From Deltaproteobacteria bacterium RBG_13_43_22 (GTDB lineage Bacteria > Desulfobacterota > RBG-13-43-22): 64,000 bases of DNA. Every line of letters starts with the position of its first letter. The stretch's first letter is position 1. The translations under genes were made by a program, and so were the position numbers. The notes beneath the pieces are model-generated. The model made no database searches. It was not told where the DNA came from and worked only from the letters and a program-made list of their open reading frames with translations. Location of the stretch: the NCBI GenBank assembly GCA_001797675.1, contig MGQB01000001.1, positions 248,816 through 312,815 on the forward strand, read 5' to 3'. Shown here in pieces: positions 7,678-17,032 of this stretch.

Positions 7678-9485
7678 TGCATCAGGGAATCATTCATTTT
7701 CCGGAACTTTTTTTCCGACAGGTAGAACGGCTGCAGGATCGAGTAGCCCTGCGAAATAAGGATTACGGAATCTGGAAGCGGGTTTCCTGGAACGAATACG
7801 GGCGAATGGTCCGACAGGTAGCCGCCGGTTTGATGGCCCTGGGGGTAGAGCGGGGGGATCGGGTATCCATCCTGGGTGAAAACCGGCCGGAATGGCTGAT
7901 CTGCCATATAGGGACTATGTCCAGTGGGGCCGTGACCTGCGGGGTTTATCCCACTTCGGCCTCGGACCAGGTGGCCTATGTGGTGGGTCATTCCGAATCA
8001 AAGGTTCTGTTCATCGAAAACGAAGAACAGGTGGACAAGGTCCTTCAAATCCTGCCGGATCTGGAAAAGGTCAAACAAATCATTATCTGGGACCCCAAGG
8101 GACTCTGGGGATTTACCCAGGAAAAAATTATTTTTTTTGACCAATTTATAAAGGAAGCCCAGTCCTATCTGGACAAATATCCCCGCTGCGTAGAGGACCG
8201 CATGAGCCAATTGGAGGCCGATGATACGGCCATGATCATCTATACCTCCGGAACCACCGGCCGTCCCAAAGGGGCCATGATCAGCCACCGCAATATCCTG
8301 GGGATGACCGAATCCTTTATTGCAGTCAATAAGGGTTTTGAAAGCGATGAGGTGGTTTCTTACCTGCCCCTGGCCCATATCTATGAAAATCTCATCTCCC
8401 TCTTCCAGGCCATTTGGAGCGGGTGCAAGGTCAACTTTGTAGAGAGTATCGATACACTGCCGGAAAATCTGCGCGAGGTCTCCCCTACGGTTTTTGCCAG
8501 TGTCCCCAGGATCTGGGAAAAGTTTGCCTCCATGATCGAAATCCGCATGTCCGACTCCACTATCCTAAAAAAAGCCTTATACCGTCTGGCTGTCGGAGTT
8601 GGAATGAAATATGTCCGATCAGCGAAAGGCTCTAAGGAACATCACACCTGGGCTTTACTGTATTGGCCCCTTTACTGGCTGGTTCTTTACCATTTAAGAC
8701 GCCAGCTTGGGTTTGAACGGGTCCGACTGGCTATTTGCGGGGCGGCACCGGCCTCCCCGGAACTGTTTGAATTTTACAATGCCATAGGGGTCCCTTTGCG
8801 TGAAGGGTACGGGCAGACCGAATCCACCGGCGTCATCGCCCTTCAACGTTTGGAAAGGCCCCGTTGGGGGTTTGTGGGGGAACCGATTCCAGGGGTTGAA
8901 GTCAAAATAGCCGAAGATGGAGAGATTCTGGCCCGGGGGGTCGGCGTTTTTAAGGGCTATTTAAAAGATCCTGACCTGACGGCCGAGACCATCAAAGACG
9001 GCTGGCTCCACACCGGAGATGTTGGAATGCTCGATGAGGGTTATCTCAAAATCATGGACAGGAAAAAAGATATCCTGATCACAGCCGGCGGTAAAAATAT
9101 CACCCCGGCCTATATCGAAAACAAACTGAAATTCAGCCCATATATCCAGGATGCCGTGGTCATCGGGGACGGCCGCAAATTTCTTGTGGCCCTGATTCTG
9201 ATTGATGAAGACAACATCAATAAATACGCCCAGGACAACCGTATCCCCTTTACCACTTTTGAAAGTTTAACCCAGAATCCCGAGGTGGTTAAATTAGTTG
9301 ATCAGGAAGTGACTAAGGTCAACAAGACCCTTTCCCAGGTGGAGTCGATAAAAAAATTCGCCTTACTGCCCAGGCGTTTTTATGAAGAAGACGGCGATGT
9401 GACTCCCACTAAAAAGGTCAAACGACGTTTTCTGGAAAAAAGGTATGCCGATTTGATCGAATCCTTGTATAAGGGAAGAAACTGA
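7671..9485 (+). CDS. AMP-forming acyl-CoA ligase (long-chain-fatty-acid-CoA ligase family) embedded in the ABC operon
   Basis: 604 aa with AMP-binding motifs YTSGTTGRPKGAM and GYGQTES. The true start may be the ATG at 7677, which has AAGGAG 8 nt upstream and overlaps the livF-type stop. Confidence 0.88.
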   Translation: MVMHQGIIHFPELFFRQVERLQDRVALRNKDYGIWKRVSWNEYGRMVRQVAAGLMALGVERGDRVSILGENRPEWLICHIGTMSSGAVTCGVYPTSASDQVAYVVGHSESKVLFIENEEQVDKVLQILPDLEKVKQIIIWDPKGLWGFTQEKIIFFDQFIKEAQSYLDKYPRCVEDRMSQLEADDTAMIIYTSGTTGRPKGAMISHRNILGMTESFIAVNKGFESDEVVSYLPLAHIYENLISLFQAIWSGCKVNFVESIDTLPENLREVSPTVFASVPRIWEKFASMIEIRMSDSTILKKALYRLAVGVGMKYVRSAKGSKEHHTWALLYWPLYWLVLYHLRRQLGFERVRLAICGAAPASPELFEFYNAIGVPLREGYGQTESTGVIALQRLERPRWGFVGEPIPGVEVKIAEDGEILARGVGVFKGYLKDPDLTAETIKDGWLHTGDVGMLDEGYLKIMDRKKDILITAGGKNITPAYIENKLKFSPYIQDAVVIGDGRKFLVALILIDEDNINKYAQDNRIPFTTFESLTQNPEVVKLVDQEVTKVNKTLSQVESIKKFALLPRRFYEEDGDVTPTKKVKRRFLEKRYADLIESLYKGRN

Positions 9486-9588
9486 TCCAGGATACGAGAA
9501 AATGGGATGGGATACGGAATATCCCACAAACATCAGCAGTTTTATCATGCATCCTGCATCCTGCATCTTTTTCCGGGAGTAACCAATT

Positions 9589-10569
9589 ATGGATCTAATA
9601 GAAAGCTATAAAGAAGACCTGCGTTTGATCAGACGTTTTGGAACGGGATTCTGGATCGTTTTGTTGCTGATCGGCCTGATCCTGCTCCCCTGGTTTGCCA
9701 GAGAGTATTGGGTTTATGTGGTTACTTTGATATTCATCTATTCCATCGGGATACAAGGGCAGAATATTTTGATCGGCTATACAGGTCAGATATCCTTCGG
9801 TCAAGCGGGCTTCCTGGCTATTGGGGCTTTTACCTACGGGCATCTCTCTCTACTGGGCAGTCCCATCCTGGTTAATCTCTTTTTTTCCGGTCTCATGGCC
9901 GGAATTTTCGGGATATTGGTCGGGTTCCCCTCCCTCCGTTTGAAAGGTCCCTATCTGGCTATTGTCACCCTCGGGTTCGGTATCGCCGTCTATCAGGTTT
10001 TTGTCAACTCGGAAATCCTATCCGGCGGCAGGATGGGTCTGACCATTCAAAAGCTTCAACCCCTCTTCGGCCTGAGCCAGATGACGACTTATTATTATTT
10101 CAATTTTATTTTGGTTTTTCTTTTTACCCTCCTATCTTATAATCTGATCTCTTCTTTTGTAGGCAGGGCCTTTATTGCCATACGGGATAATGACATCGCC
10201 GCCGAGGCCATGGGGGTGAGTCTGACCCGGTACAAGCTCCTTTCCTTTGCCATCAGTTCTTTTTATACGGGCGTCCAGGGCGGATTATATGCCCTCTTAA
10301 TGGGATACCTGGAACCCAACATGTTTACCTTTCTGGAAACCATCACGATCTTTGTAGCCGTCATCATCGGAGGGCTGGCCTCGGTGGAAGGCTCTATCCT
10401 GGGAGCGGCCTTTGTGGTTATGGTGCCTCAGGTGTTCAGCAATACCAAAGCTTTTATCCCCGTTATCTATGGGGTGACCATCCTGATTATTTTAATTTTT
10501 GAACCATTGGGTTTATCCGGCCGATGGATGAAAATAAGGTTATATCTCAGGATGTGGCCGTTTAGATAA
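9589..10569 (+). CDS. Branched-chain amino acid-type ABC permease (LivM-type)
   Basis: 326 aa and polytopic, containing the family string GYTGQISFGQAGFLAIGAF. Confidence 0.9.
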   Translation: MDLIESYKEDLRLIRRFGTGFWIVLLLIGLILLPWFAREYWVYVVTLIFIYSIGIQGQNILIGYTGQISFGQAGFLAIGAFTYGHLSLLGSPILVNLFFSGLMAGIFGILVGFPSLRLKGPYLAIVTLGFGIAVYQVFVNSEILSGGRMGLTIQKLQPLFGLSQMTTYYYFNFILVFLFTLLSYNLISSFVGRAFIAIRDNDIAAEAMGVSLTRYKLLSFAISSFYTGVQGGLYALLMGYLEPNMFTFLETITIFVAVIIGGLASVEGSILGAAFVVMVPQVFSNTKAFIPVIYGVTILIILIFEPLGLSGRWMKIRLYLRMWPFR

Positions 10570-10686
10570 CCAGGTACAAGGTTTACGGTATACGGTTTAA
10601 AGATTTAGGGGGTCCAAGACCCTCCTTCCTTTTACCTTTTACCGTAGACCTTGATATATTTGCACCTTGGATATAAAGGATGTCCT

Positions 10687-11568
10687 ATGAATCAATTTCT
10701 TCAATATTGTGTTTCCGGTTTGTCCATCGGAAGTTTATATGCCCTGGTGGCCCTGGGCGTGGTTTTGATTTACCGGTCTACCCGTATCTTAAATTTTGCC
10801 CACGGGGATATGGCTACGGCCGGGACCTTCTTCGCCCTGATGATTTATGAATTGCATCCTTCCTTTGGTTTGTCCTTTTCGCTGGCCCTTTTATTCGGAG
10901 GTCTTTTGGCCATGGGATTTTATTTCGGCATTCTTATTCCGGCTCAACGGAGGGATGCCACCTTGTTGGGGCAAACTATTTTAACTGTAGGGTTAGGATT
11001 GATTTTCCAAGGCTTATCCTCATATTTCGGGGGAACTGAACCGCAATCTTTTCCCTTCCCTCTCTCCGATACAAAGGTTTATAAGCTGGGCCAGATCTAT
11101 ATCAGCCAATTGGCTTTAGGGGCTACAGGCTTCAGTTTATTAGGCAGTCTATTGCTTTTTTTTCTGGTACAAAGAACCCGGTTGGGACTGGCTATGAGAG
11201 CCACCTCAGAAAATCTTCAGGCCGCCCAAACCTTAGGGATCCCCACCCGTCGGGTCCTTTCGCTTTCCTGGGGTCTGGCTTCTCTCCTGGGTGTTCTGGC
11301 CGGCCTTTTCCTGGCCCCGGCATTGCTGCTGGATCCCTTTTTTATGCTCGAACCCTTTCTCAAGGGATTTGCGGCCGCGGTCTTGGGTGGGTTGAACAGC
11401 CTTCCGGGAGCTATTGTCGGCGGTTTTTTGCTGGGATTGGCCGAAAGTCTGGCCGGCGGCTATCTCACCGTGGCTTTTAAAAATACCCTGGCCTTTTTGA
11501 TTATTATCATTATATTATTGATCCGCCCTGAAGGACTCCTCGGAACAGAGTTCAAGGAGCGTGTGTAA
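10687..11568 (+). CDS. Branched-chain amino acid-type ABC permease (LivH-type)
   Basis: The ORF track starts it at 10651, but MNQFLQYCVSGLSIGSLYALVALG...NFAHGD matches the canonical LivH N-terminus. The earlier start would also run into the hairpin repeat at 10628..10653. Confidence 0.88.
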   Translation: MNQFLQYCVSGLSIGSLYALVALGVVLIYRSTRILNFAHGDMATAGTFFALMIYELHPSFGLSFSLALLFGGLLAMGFYFGILIPAQRRDATLLGQTILTVGLGLIFQGLSSYFGGTEPQSFPFPLSDTKVYKLGQIYISQLALGATGFSLLGSLLLFFLVQRTRLGLAMRATSENLQAAQTLGIPTRRVLSLSWGLASLLGVLAGLFLAPALLLDPFFMLEPFLKGFAAAVLGGLNSLPGAIVGGFLLGLAESLAGGYLTVAFKNTLAFLIIIIILLIRPEGLLGTEFKERV

Positions 11569-11575
11569 TTTGAGG

Positions 11576-12364
11576 ATGAAAATGATGTCTTCTTTAGCTC
11601 GATATTTTGTCTTTACCGTTGTTTTCATTGGACTGACCCTAGGAAGAGGGTTGGCTTTCTCTTCATCCAATTTAGTCCAATGTCCCCAGAAAAATAAACT
11701 TCAACAAGGATTCCATAAGACCTTCCCAAAATTACAATTTGAGATCATCCGGATCGATCCAAGTCAGGTTAAAGGTCTGTGCCAAATTCAAATAAAAATA
11801 GGGGCTCGGATACACCTCCTTTATGCCGATTCCCGAGGTGAGTTCGTATTTGCCGGCAATCTTCATGAGCTAAATACCGGGAGAAACCTGACCCAGGAAA
11901 CCGTTCAACTGCTGAATCGTCTAACGCCTGAAGAACTTCTCCTTATTGAATCCCTGACGGCTTTAACCTTGGGTCAGGGGAAAAAAGTGATCTATTTGGC
12001 AACCGATCCTCAATGTCCTTATTGCAAGCAAGCCGAAACCCTTTTAAAAAAATTGGTACAGAAAGAAGACCTGATGGTTCGCTTCCTCTTTTTTCCAATG
12101 GACTCGCATAAAGGGGCCAGAGAACAATGTATCTCCATCCTTTGCGACAACAAAGGAATCGAAGGCTATGACAGCGGTTATCGATCGGAAAACCAATGTC
12201 CGGAGGGAGTCAAAAAAGTGGATGATACGATTGCCTTCATGAATAAGAAAGGGATTGATTCAACCCCGACTTTCATTTTTATGGATGGAATTCATCTGTC
12301 CGGATTATTGAGCGAAGAAGCACTGCGGGATCGACTGGGATTGTCAAAACCCCTTCCCAAATAA
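11576..12364 (+). CDS. Periplasmic thiol:disulfide interchange protein, DsbC/DsbG-like
   Basis: Signal peptide (MKMMSSLARYFVFTVVFIGL) and a thioredoxin-fold CxxC motif DPQCPYCKQ. The start is placed at ATG 11576 so that it does not overlap the permease stop. Confidence 0.7.
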   Translation: MKMMSSLARYFVFTVVFIGLTLGRGLAFSSSNLVQCPQKNKLQQGFHKTFPKLQFEIIRIDPSQVKGLCQIQIKIGARIHLLYADSRGEFVFAGNLHELNTGRNLTQETVQLLNRLTPEELLLIESLTALTLGQGKKVIYLATDPQCPYCKQAETLLKKLVQKEDLMVRFLFFPMDSHKGAREQCISILCDNKGIEGYDSGYRSENQCPEGVKKVDDTIAFMNKKGIDSTPTFIFMDGIHLSGLLSEEALRDRLGLSKPLPK

Positions 12365-12550
12365 CACCCTTATTCCATTTCAAGCACACCATTCATAAAA
12401 AATAATTCAAGTGGAACAATCGGCTATAGGCCAGGGGTGTTATGAGTTCGGATTAATGGGTTCGGAGTTCGGAGATTTATTATTTATTTCCGTGTTAACG
12501 CCTGAACCCAACGAACTATCTCCAAGTGATTCCCTTTAAAAACCGTTCAG

Positions 12551-12605
12551 GAAAGAGAAAAAAGAAAAGGGACAGTTTGAATAAGTTCAACAAACTGTCC
12601 CTTTT
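12551..12605 (-). terminator. Rho-independent terminator (possibly bidirectional) between convergent genes
   Basis: GGGACAGTTTG (12569..12579) pairs with CAAACTGTCCC (12591..12601). The minus-strand transcript then reads a T-rich tract (TTTTCTTTTTTCTC). Confidence 0.75.
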
Positions 12606-12634
12606 CTGATGAAAAATCCGATAAAGACAAGAAA

Positions 12635-12844
12635 CTATTTTTTTTCTGGAGCCGGAGCCGGAGCCGGGGCTGGTTCCGGGGCTTTTTGCTCACCAGCAGC
12701 CGGAGCCGCAGCTGGTTCCGGGGCTTTTTGTTCAGCCGCAGGTGGGGGGGGCGGTGGAGCCTCTTCCTTTTTCTTGCATCCCATGGCAAAAGAAAAAACC
12801 ACAAACAACATAACGACGAGTACCAAGGACATTATTTTCCGCAT
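12635..12844 (-). CDS. Small lipoprotein with a Pro/Ala-rich repetitive tail
   Basis: 69 aa with a signal peptide and lipobox FAMGC. The tail is EQKAPEPAAAPAAGEQKAPEPAPAPAPAPEKK, encoded by tandemly duplicated DNA. A terminator follows. Confidence 0.6.
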   Translation of the reverse strand: MRKIMSLVLVVMLFVVFSFAMGCKKKEEAPPPPPPAAEQKAPEPAAAPAAGEQKAPEPAPAPAPAPEKK

Positions 12845-13003
12845 TTTGACTCACCTCCTTTGCTTAATTTAATATGCTTAGTTACTTAAAAAAAAATAAT
12901 TACAAAACCAAAAAAACTATCTTTTTTCAAGAGGATAGACAGAGCATGCCTTTATATAAAATGAGATAATAGGCGATCTGAAATCCCATGTCAAGATAAT
13001 TTT

Positions 13004-13273
13004 TTACTTGATTACTTCAAGGTCGATCAGCCTCAATTTTCCCTTTTCTCTAATAAATTCCCCCATTACCCAGTAACCTACCTGCAGATCGGAGAGCTCA
13101 AAATCCGAGGCATCCAGGGTCTGGCCGTTTATGGTGATGGTTCCTCTTTTTTCATTGATCTGGGTTATACGTCCTTCTATGGGTTCAGGTTCGTTCCCCC
13201 AAACGTCAATACATAGAGAAACCAAAAGCAATAAGGTGATTAAAAGATAAAAAGCTTTTTTCTCGGGATTCAT
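13004..13273 (-). CDS. Small exported protein of unknown function (possible small beta-barrel)
   Basis: 89 aa with an N-terminal signal peptide. Its start overlaps the stop of the upstream DHS-like gene (ATGA), which suggests translational coupling. Confidence 0.5.
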   Translation of the reverse strand: MNPEKKAFYLLITLLLLVSLCIDVWGNEPEPIEGRITQINEKRGTITINGQTLDASDFELSDLQVGYWVMGEFIREKGKLRLIDLEVIK

Positions 13274-14379
13274 TTGTTCGATCCTTTATTATTTTTAAGA
13301 ACCTTTTGCCTAACCCCGGCCATTAGAAAGGGCCAGGCAATGGTGGCATCGCATAACACCTCGGCATAACGACCTCCATCTTCAGGGGAGATAAATTTCC
13401 CCCAGGAAACCCCTTCCGAATAAGTGCAGCCGCTTAATCCACCCCAATGGGCGGGTTCTGGACAAATACGAACTCCGTAAGAAAAGCGTTTCAAGGGAAG
13501 GGGTTCTTTTAACCGATATTGAAGGATTTCCAGAAAAGGTCCGACCTGTTGGGCCCAATTTCTGGGTACCCCGCCGCCGACAGTAAAAATGCCCAGTTTG
13601 GAGGCTTTAATGATGCGTTGAGTATAGGACCCCAAGTCAAGAAAGGGATTAAAATTGACGGCCATATTACCGATGGCCTCACTTGGATCTTTATTTGTTT
13701 TTGAATCCAAAGCCTTTCTGACGATAAAGGTGGCCATATCCAGGCCCAATTCCGAATCGATGAAGGCCGGGATATAAACCGGAACCCCTTTTAAATAAGC
13801 ATTTCTCAAGATACCGGGCTGGTTTGTAAATTCAGATAAATATTTCCCGATCTCCCGGCAGAGTATTTCAGAGGAAAGGGGGTCCTTTTCCAAGTTTAGG
13901 CGTTCTAAGACCCGGGAGATGATTTCTTCAATATGATTCAAATTCTTTTCCATTTCCAGGGTATCATAGATCCGGTTATACCCGAGGGCGTATAAATCGG
14001 CGTCCGATTGGGAAGGGTCGTATTTGTAATGGGTTAAACCCACTGATTCGATCAGGCCATGGGCCATTAAGGCCCCGGTGGAGACGATAATATCCAGCCA
14101 TCCCCAGTCGATCATATCACAGATAAGCAGACCCATTTTAGCCACCGACATAGCCCCGGAGAAGGTTCCGATCTTTAAACAATCCTGATCAGAGACCATT
14201 TCAAAGAATACTTCCTGGGCCTCGCCCAGGGACCGACCTCCGAAAGCAGTTTGGGACATGCCCGAAAGGAGGGTGGTGAAGTCGTTACTCTCTTTAATAT
14301 CGAGACTTTTAAGCGGAGTCAATCCGTCCCGGGATCCGTCGTGCAGATCGGTCCATGACCGTATTTTATGATCGGACAT
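13270..14379 (-). CDS. Deoxyhypusine synthase-like protein (possible homospermidine synthase)
   Basis: 369 aa with the NAD-site string TVGGGVPRNW and the catalytic-lysine context EGVSWGKF. Confidence 0.8.
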   Translation of the reverse strand: MSDHKIRSWTDLHDGSRDGLTPLKSLDIKESNDFTTLLSGMSQTAFGGRSLGEAQEVFFEMVSDQDCLKIGTFSGAMSVAKMGLLICDMIDWGWLDIIVSTGALMAHGLIESVGLTHYKYDPSQSDADLYALGYNRIYDTLEMEKNLNHIEEIISRVLERLNLEKDPLSSEILCREIGKYLSEFTNQPGILRNAYLKGVPVYIPAFIDSELGLDMATFIVRKALDSKTNKDPSEAIGNMAVNFNPFLDLGSYTQRIIKASKLGIFTVGGGVPRNWAQQVGPFLEILQYRLKEPLPLKRFSYGVRICPEPAHWGGLSGCTYSEGVSWGKFISPEDGGRYAEVLCDATIAWPFLMAGVRQKVLKNNKGSNK

Positions 14380-15274
14380 ATGGGTTTTCTTTCTTGGTTG
14401 GGTAAAACAGGTAAGAGAGCAATTTAAATATCAATTTTGCAGCTACAAATTCCGATAAACGAGATCCCGGCAAGGGCATAAGCTCACAAACATCAATCCC
14501 CCGGATCGGACCCTGGCTGACAATAATTTTGAAAATATGCATAAGATGATGCCAGGTCAATCCCCCCGGTTCCGGGGTTCCGGTCCCGGGGACCAGGGAC
14601 GGGTCTAAGACATCAATATCCAGACTGAGATAAAAATTTCTATCGGCCATTGCTGTCAGGTCATGCCGGAATCGATCCAGGCCGTTATTAAAAAGAATCT
14701 CTGGACTGGAATAGGAACGGATTAGAGACTGTCCTTTAAGATATTTTTGTTCTTCCTTGGATAGGCTTCGTAGCCCCAAATGGAAAATAGGGCAATCCAG
14801 TTCAGCGATTCGTTTGAGGGTACAAGCGTGAGAAAAAGAGGAGCCTTCCCAGGATTCACGTAAATCCGCATGAGCGTCCAGAACCAGAACCACCGGATCG
14901 GGGTAGCTTCGTTTGACCCCCCGGACCAGGGGGAAAGCAACAGTGTGTTCTCCCCCCAAAGCCAGAATCATTTTTTTTTGTTTCCAGAAAGGCCTCATAT
15001 GTTCATCAATGTCGCGGATCATCATTTCCGGACTGTGATGATTTCTGGGGATATCTGAGAGGGTTAGGCAGGTTCTATGGGCCATGGGTTCCCAGTCCAA
15101 TTCCTCGTCCCAAAGTTCGACTTGGCTGCTGGCCTGAAGGATAGCCTCGGGACCGAAGCGAGTTCCCGGTTGGAAACTGGTCGTTGAATCGTAAGGAATA
15201 GGTTGGATGAGAACATCTGCCGTTTCTGGAGAAAGGCCTGTTTCATCCAGTCCCAGAAAATTAAGGGTTCGCAA
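14366..15274 (-). CDS. speB: Agmatinase (arginase/ureohydrolase family)
   Basis: 302 aa with the Mn-ligand motifs GGEH, DAHADL and SLDIDVLDP. Confidence 0.85.
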   Translation of the reverse strand: MRTLNFLGLDETGLSPETADVLIQPIPYDSTTSFQPGTRFGPEAILQASSQVELWDEELDWEPMAHRTCLTLSDIPRNHHSPEMMIRDIDEHMRPFWKQKKMILALGGEHTVAFPLVRGVKRSYPDPVVLVLDAHADLRESWEGSSFSHACTLKRIAELDCPIFHLGLRSLSKEEQKYLKGQSLIRSYSSPEILFNNGLDRFRHDLTAMADRNFYLSLDIDVLDPSLVPGTGTPEPGGLTWHHLMHIFKIIVSQGPIRGIDVCELMPLPGSRLSEFVAAKLIFKLLSYLFYPTKKENPYVRS

Positions 15275-15337
15275 AAGATTGTCCTGCTAAGTTGTGATGA
15301 AAATCCTGATCCAGAATTTCCTTTAAGAGTGCGGCAC

Positions 15338-15931
15338 TCAGAGTAAAAAAACAGCTGCCACCACCACCGTGGTCCAAATACCATCCCCCCTGGTTGTGCA
15401 GGTGGTGGAAAAGGTATCTACGATCTTGCCGCTCATTCGGTAAATCTCCCGGCGTTCATCATAGTCTTTTTGCGGATCAAAATCAATCCCCAAGGTGGTT
15501 GCCAACATGGTGGAGGCCAAATCCTCGGCAAAATCACCCATCTCTTTTTCGTTTTCACCAAAGGCCGAGTGTTCGGACAAGTATCCGTAATGATACTCGT
15601 CGGCCGGAACGGCCAGACCGATGGAAGCCCCCATCAACCTTTCAGGTTCATTGGAACTGATCTTGGCTAAAACGCAGAAAGTCACCTGCCCCGGCAAGAG
15701 ATCCTTGATCCCTTCTTCAAAAGGAATGATTTTACAGTTGGGAGGAAAAATCGAGGAAACATATACCAGGTTGCACTTTTCGATCCCGGCATCGCGTAAA
15801 GCCAATTCGAATGATTGCAGCTTGGCCTTGTGTCTCCCTATCCCCTTGGTAAAAAAGACCTTTTTGGGGACCAGCCAAGCATTATCAATCCGGCCCTGCT
15901 CTTTTAATTTTTTGGTTTTAGAGGTGGTCAA
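15338..15931 (-). CDS. pdaD: Pyruvoyl-dependent arginine decarboxylase
   Basis: 197 aa. [11 protein letters not shown] matches the Ser-Ser self-cleavage site context of PvlArgDC/AaxB proenzymes. Confidence 0.8.
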   Translation of the reverse strand: MTTSKTKKLKEQGRIDNAWLVPKKVFFTKGIGRHKAKLQSFELALRDAGIEKCNLVYVSSIFPPNCKIIPFEEGIKDLLPGQVTFCVLAKISSNEPERLMGASIGLAVPADEYHYGYLSEHSAFGENEKEMGDFAEDLASTMLATTLGIDFDPQKDYDERREIYRMSGKIVDTFSTTCTTRGDGIWTTVVVAAVFLL

Positions 15932-15990
15932 CGTCTTAGCCCCTATTATTTTGAAAAGTCATGTTATATATGATAAATTTGATGATATTG

Positions 15991-16737
15991 TCAAGGGTAA
16001 AATATCATCAGGCGGTTTTTCATTTCCCGGGCGCTCAACTCCATCAACGGCTTGAGCTGGACGATATCCATGGTGTTGTAAAGAATGAGGCGTTCCAAGG
16101 CCGATACATTTCCGCATTGATAATCCTGCCAGAGTAGAACGGCGTCAAAGCCGTTTAATCCCATCACCTTTGGGTCTCTACTAAGGCCCACCTGTTCCTC
16201 AATGGCCTTCAATCCTCCTCGGAGCCCCATTTTTTTCAAAACAAACCGAAGATCGATATGGGCCGGAGGGAGGGAAAGGTGTCGGAACCACCGTTTGAGA
16301 TAGGGCAGATCGAAACAAGACCCGTTAAAAGTGATGACCATGGAATAGGAGGCGATGGCCTCTTCAAAATCCTCCAGATTACGGCCGTTGACAAAGGTCT
16401 GAACCTTTTGGCCGTCATAGAGGCCGATGACGGTGATCTCGTCCATTCCCAGATAGCCACCGCTGGTTTCTATGTCCAAAAAAACAGCCTGCTCCTTAAA
16501 GGCATCATAGATCCTCCACAGGTCGGTCGCAGGGAGACGGTTAACAAAAAAATGGAGATCATTACGATGTTCCAGGGTGGCTTCAAGCTCCCGGCGGATA
16601 AAGGCATCCCGACTCGAGGAAAAGACCTTTCGGGGATGACTTAAGAAGTCTTCCCAGGTCAGGATCCCCTTCCTCCAAAGGTGCTGTTCGGTCTTGGGGC
16701 CTATTCCGGGAATATGGATAAAGGTATGTTCCAGCAA
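15991..16737 (-). CDS. RNase H-fold 3'-5' exonuclease-like protein (YprB-like) with an N-terminal helix-hairpin-helix
   Basis: 248 aa with HhH IPGIGPKT and DEDD-like motifs FLDIETSG, FNGSCFDLPYL and YNTMDI. Confidence 0.6.
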   Translation of the reverse strand: MLEHTFIHIPGIGPKTEQHLWRKGILTWEDFLSHPRKVFSSSRDAFIRRELEATLEHRNDLHFFVNRLPATDLWRIYDAFKEQAVFLDIETSGGYLGMDEITVIGLYDGQKVQTFVNGRNLEDFEEAIASYSMVITFNGSCFDLPYLKRWFRHLSLPPAHIDLRFVLKKMGLRGGLKAIEEQVGLSRDPKVMGLNGFDAVLLWQDYQCGNVSALERLILYNTMDIVQLKPLMELSAREMKNRLMIFYP

Positions 16738-16766
16738 AGGGTGTGATATCCTTTAATCCGAAAATA

Positions 16767-16854
16767 GGGTTCGAGGATTCTAGGATTCGAGTGGTTTACC
16801 TTCCAGGCCTTTCACTCTGCCCTGCGGTCCTTGCCCCCTGAACCCCTTGAATCC
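16767..16854 (+). repeat. GGATTCAAGG-family intergenic element, copy A
   Basis: It starts GGGTTCGAGGATTCTAGGATTCGAGTGG and ends CCTTTCACT...CCCCTTGAATCC. Its ends and internal TTTCACT block are shared with the copies at 35618, 30747, 37082 and 51962. Confidence 0.8.
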
Positions 16855-17032
16855 TTTTTCATGATTCGTCGGGGCCCGCATAAGGCGGACATGAGGGTTT
16901 ACTGCGAAAACAGAAAACAACTAAAAAGGCTATGGGTAAATAAAAATCAGGAAAACCCTTAAGCCTTTTGCCCTTTGCCCCTCGTCTATTACCTCATCTT
17001 ACATTCTCCCAGGGGTACGAAAAAGGTTTTGG

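Noticed and set aside
12609-12730. Tandem GGAGCC/GGTTCCGGGGC repeats and the stuttered intergenic words, considered as a CRISPR array.
   Set aside because: The repeat units are far too short and have no unique spacers. The 12.6-kb repeats lie inside a coding Pro/Ala-rich tail.
16767-16790. GGTTCGAGG strings in the repeat family, considered as tRNA T-arms.
   Set aside because: No acceptor stem, D-arm or anticodon arm can be drawn around them. I found no tRNA genes in the window.
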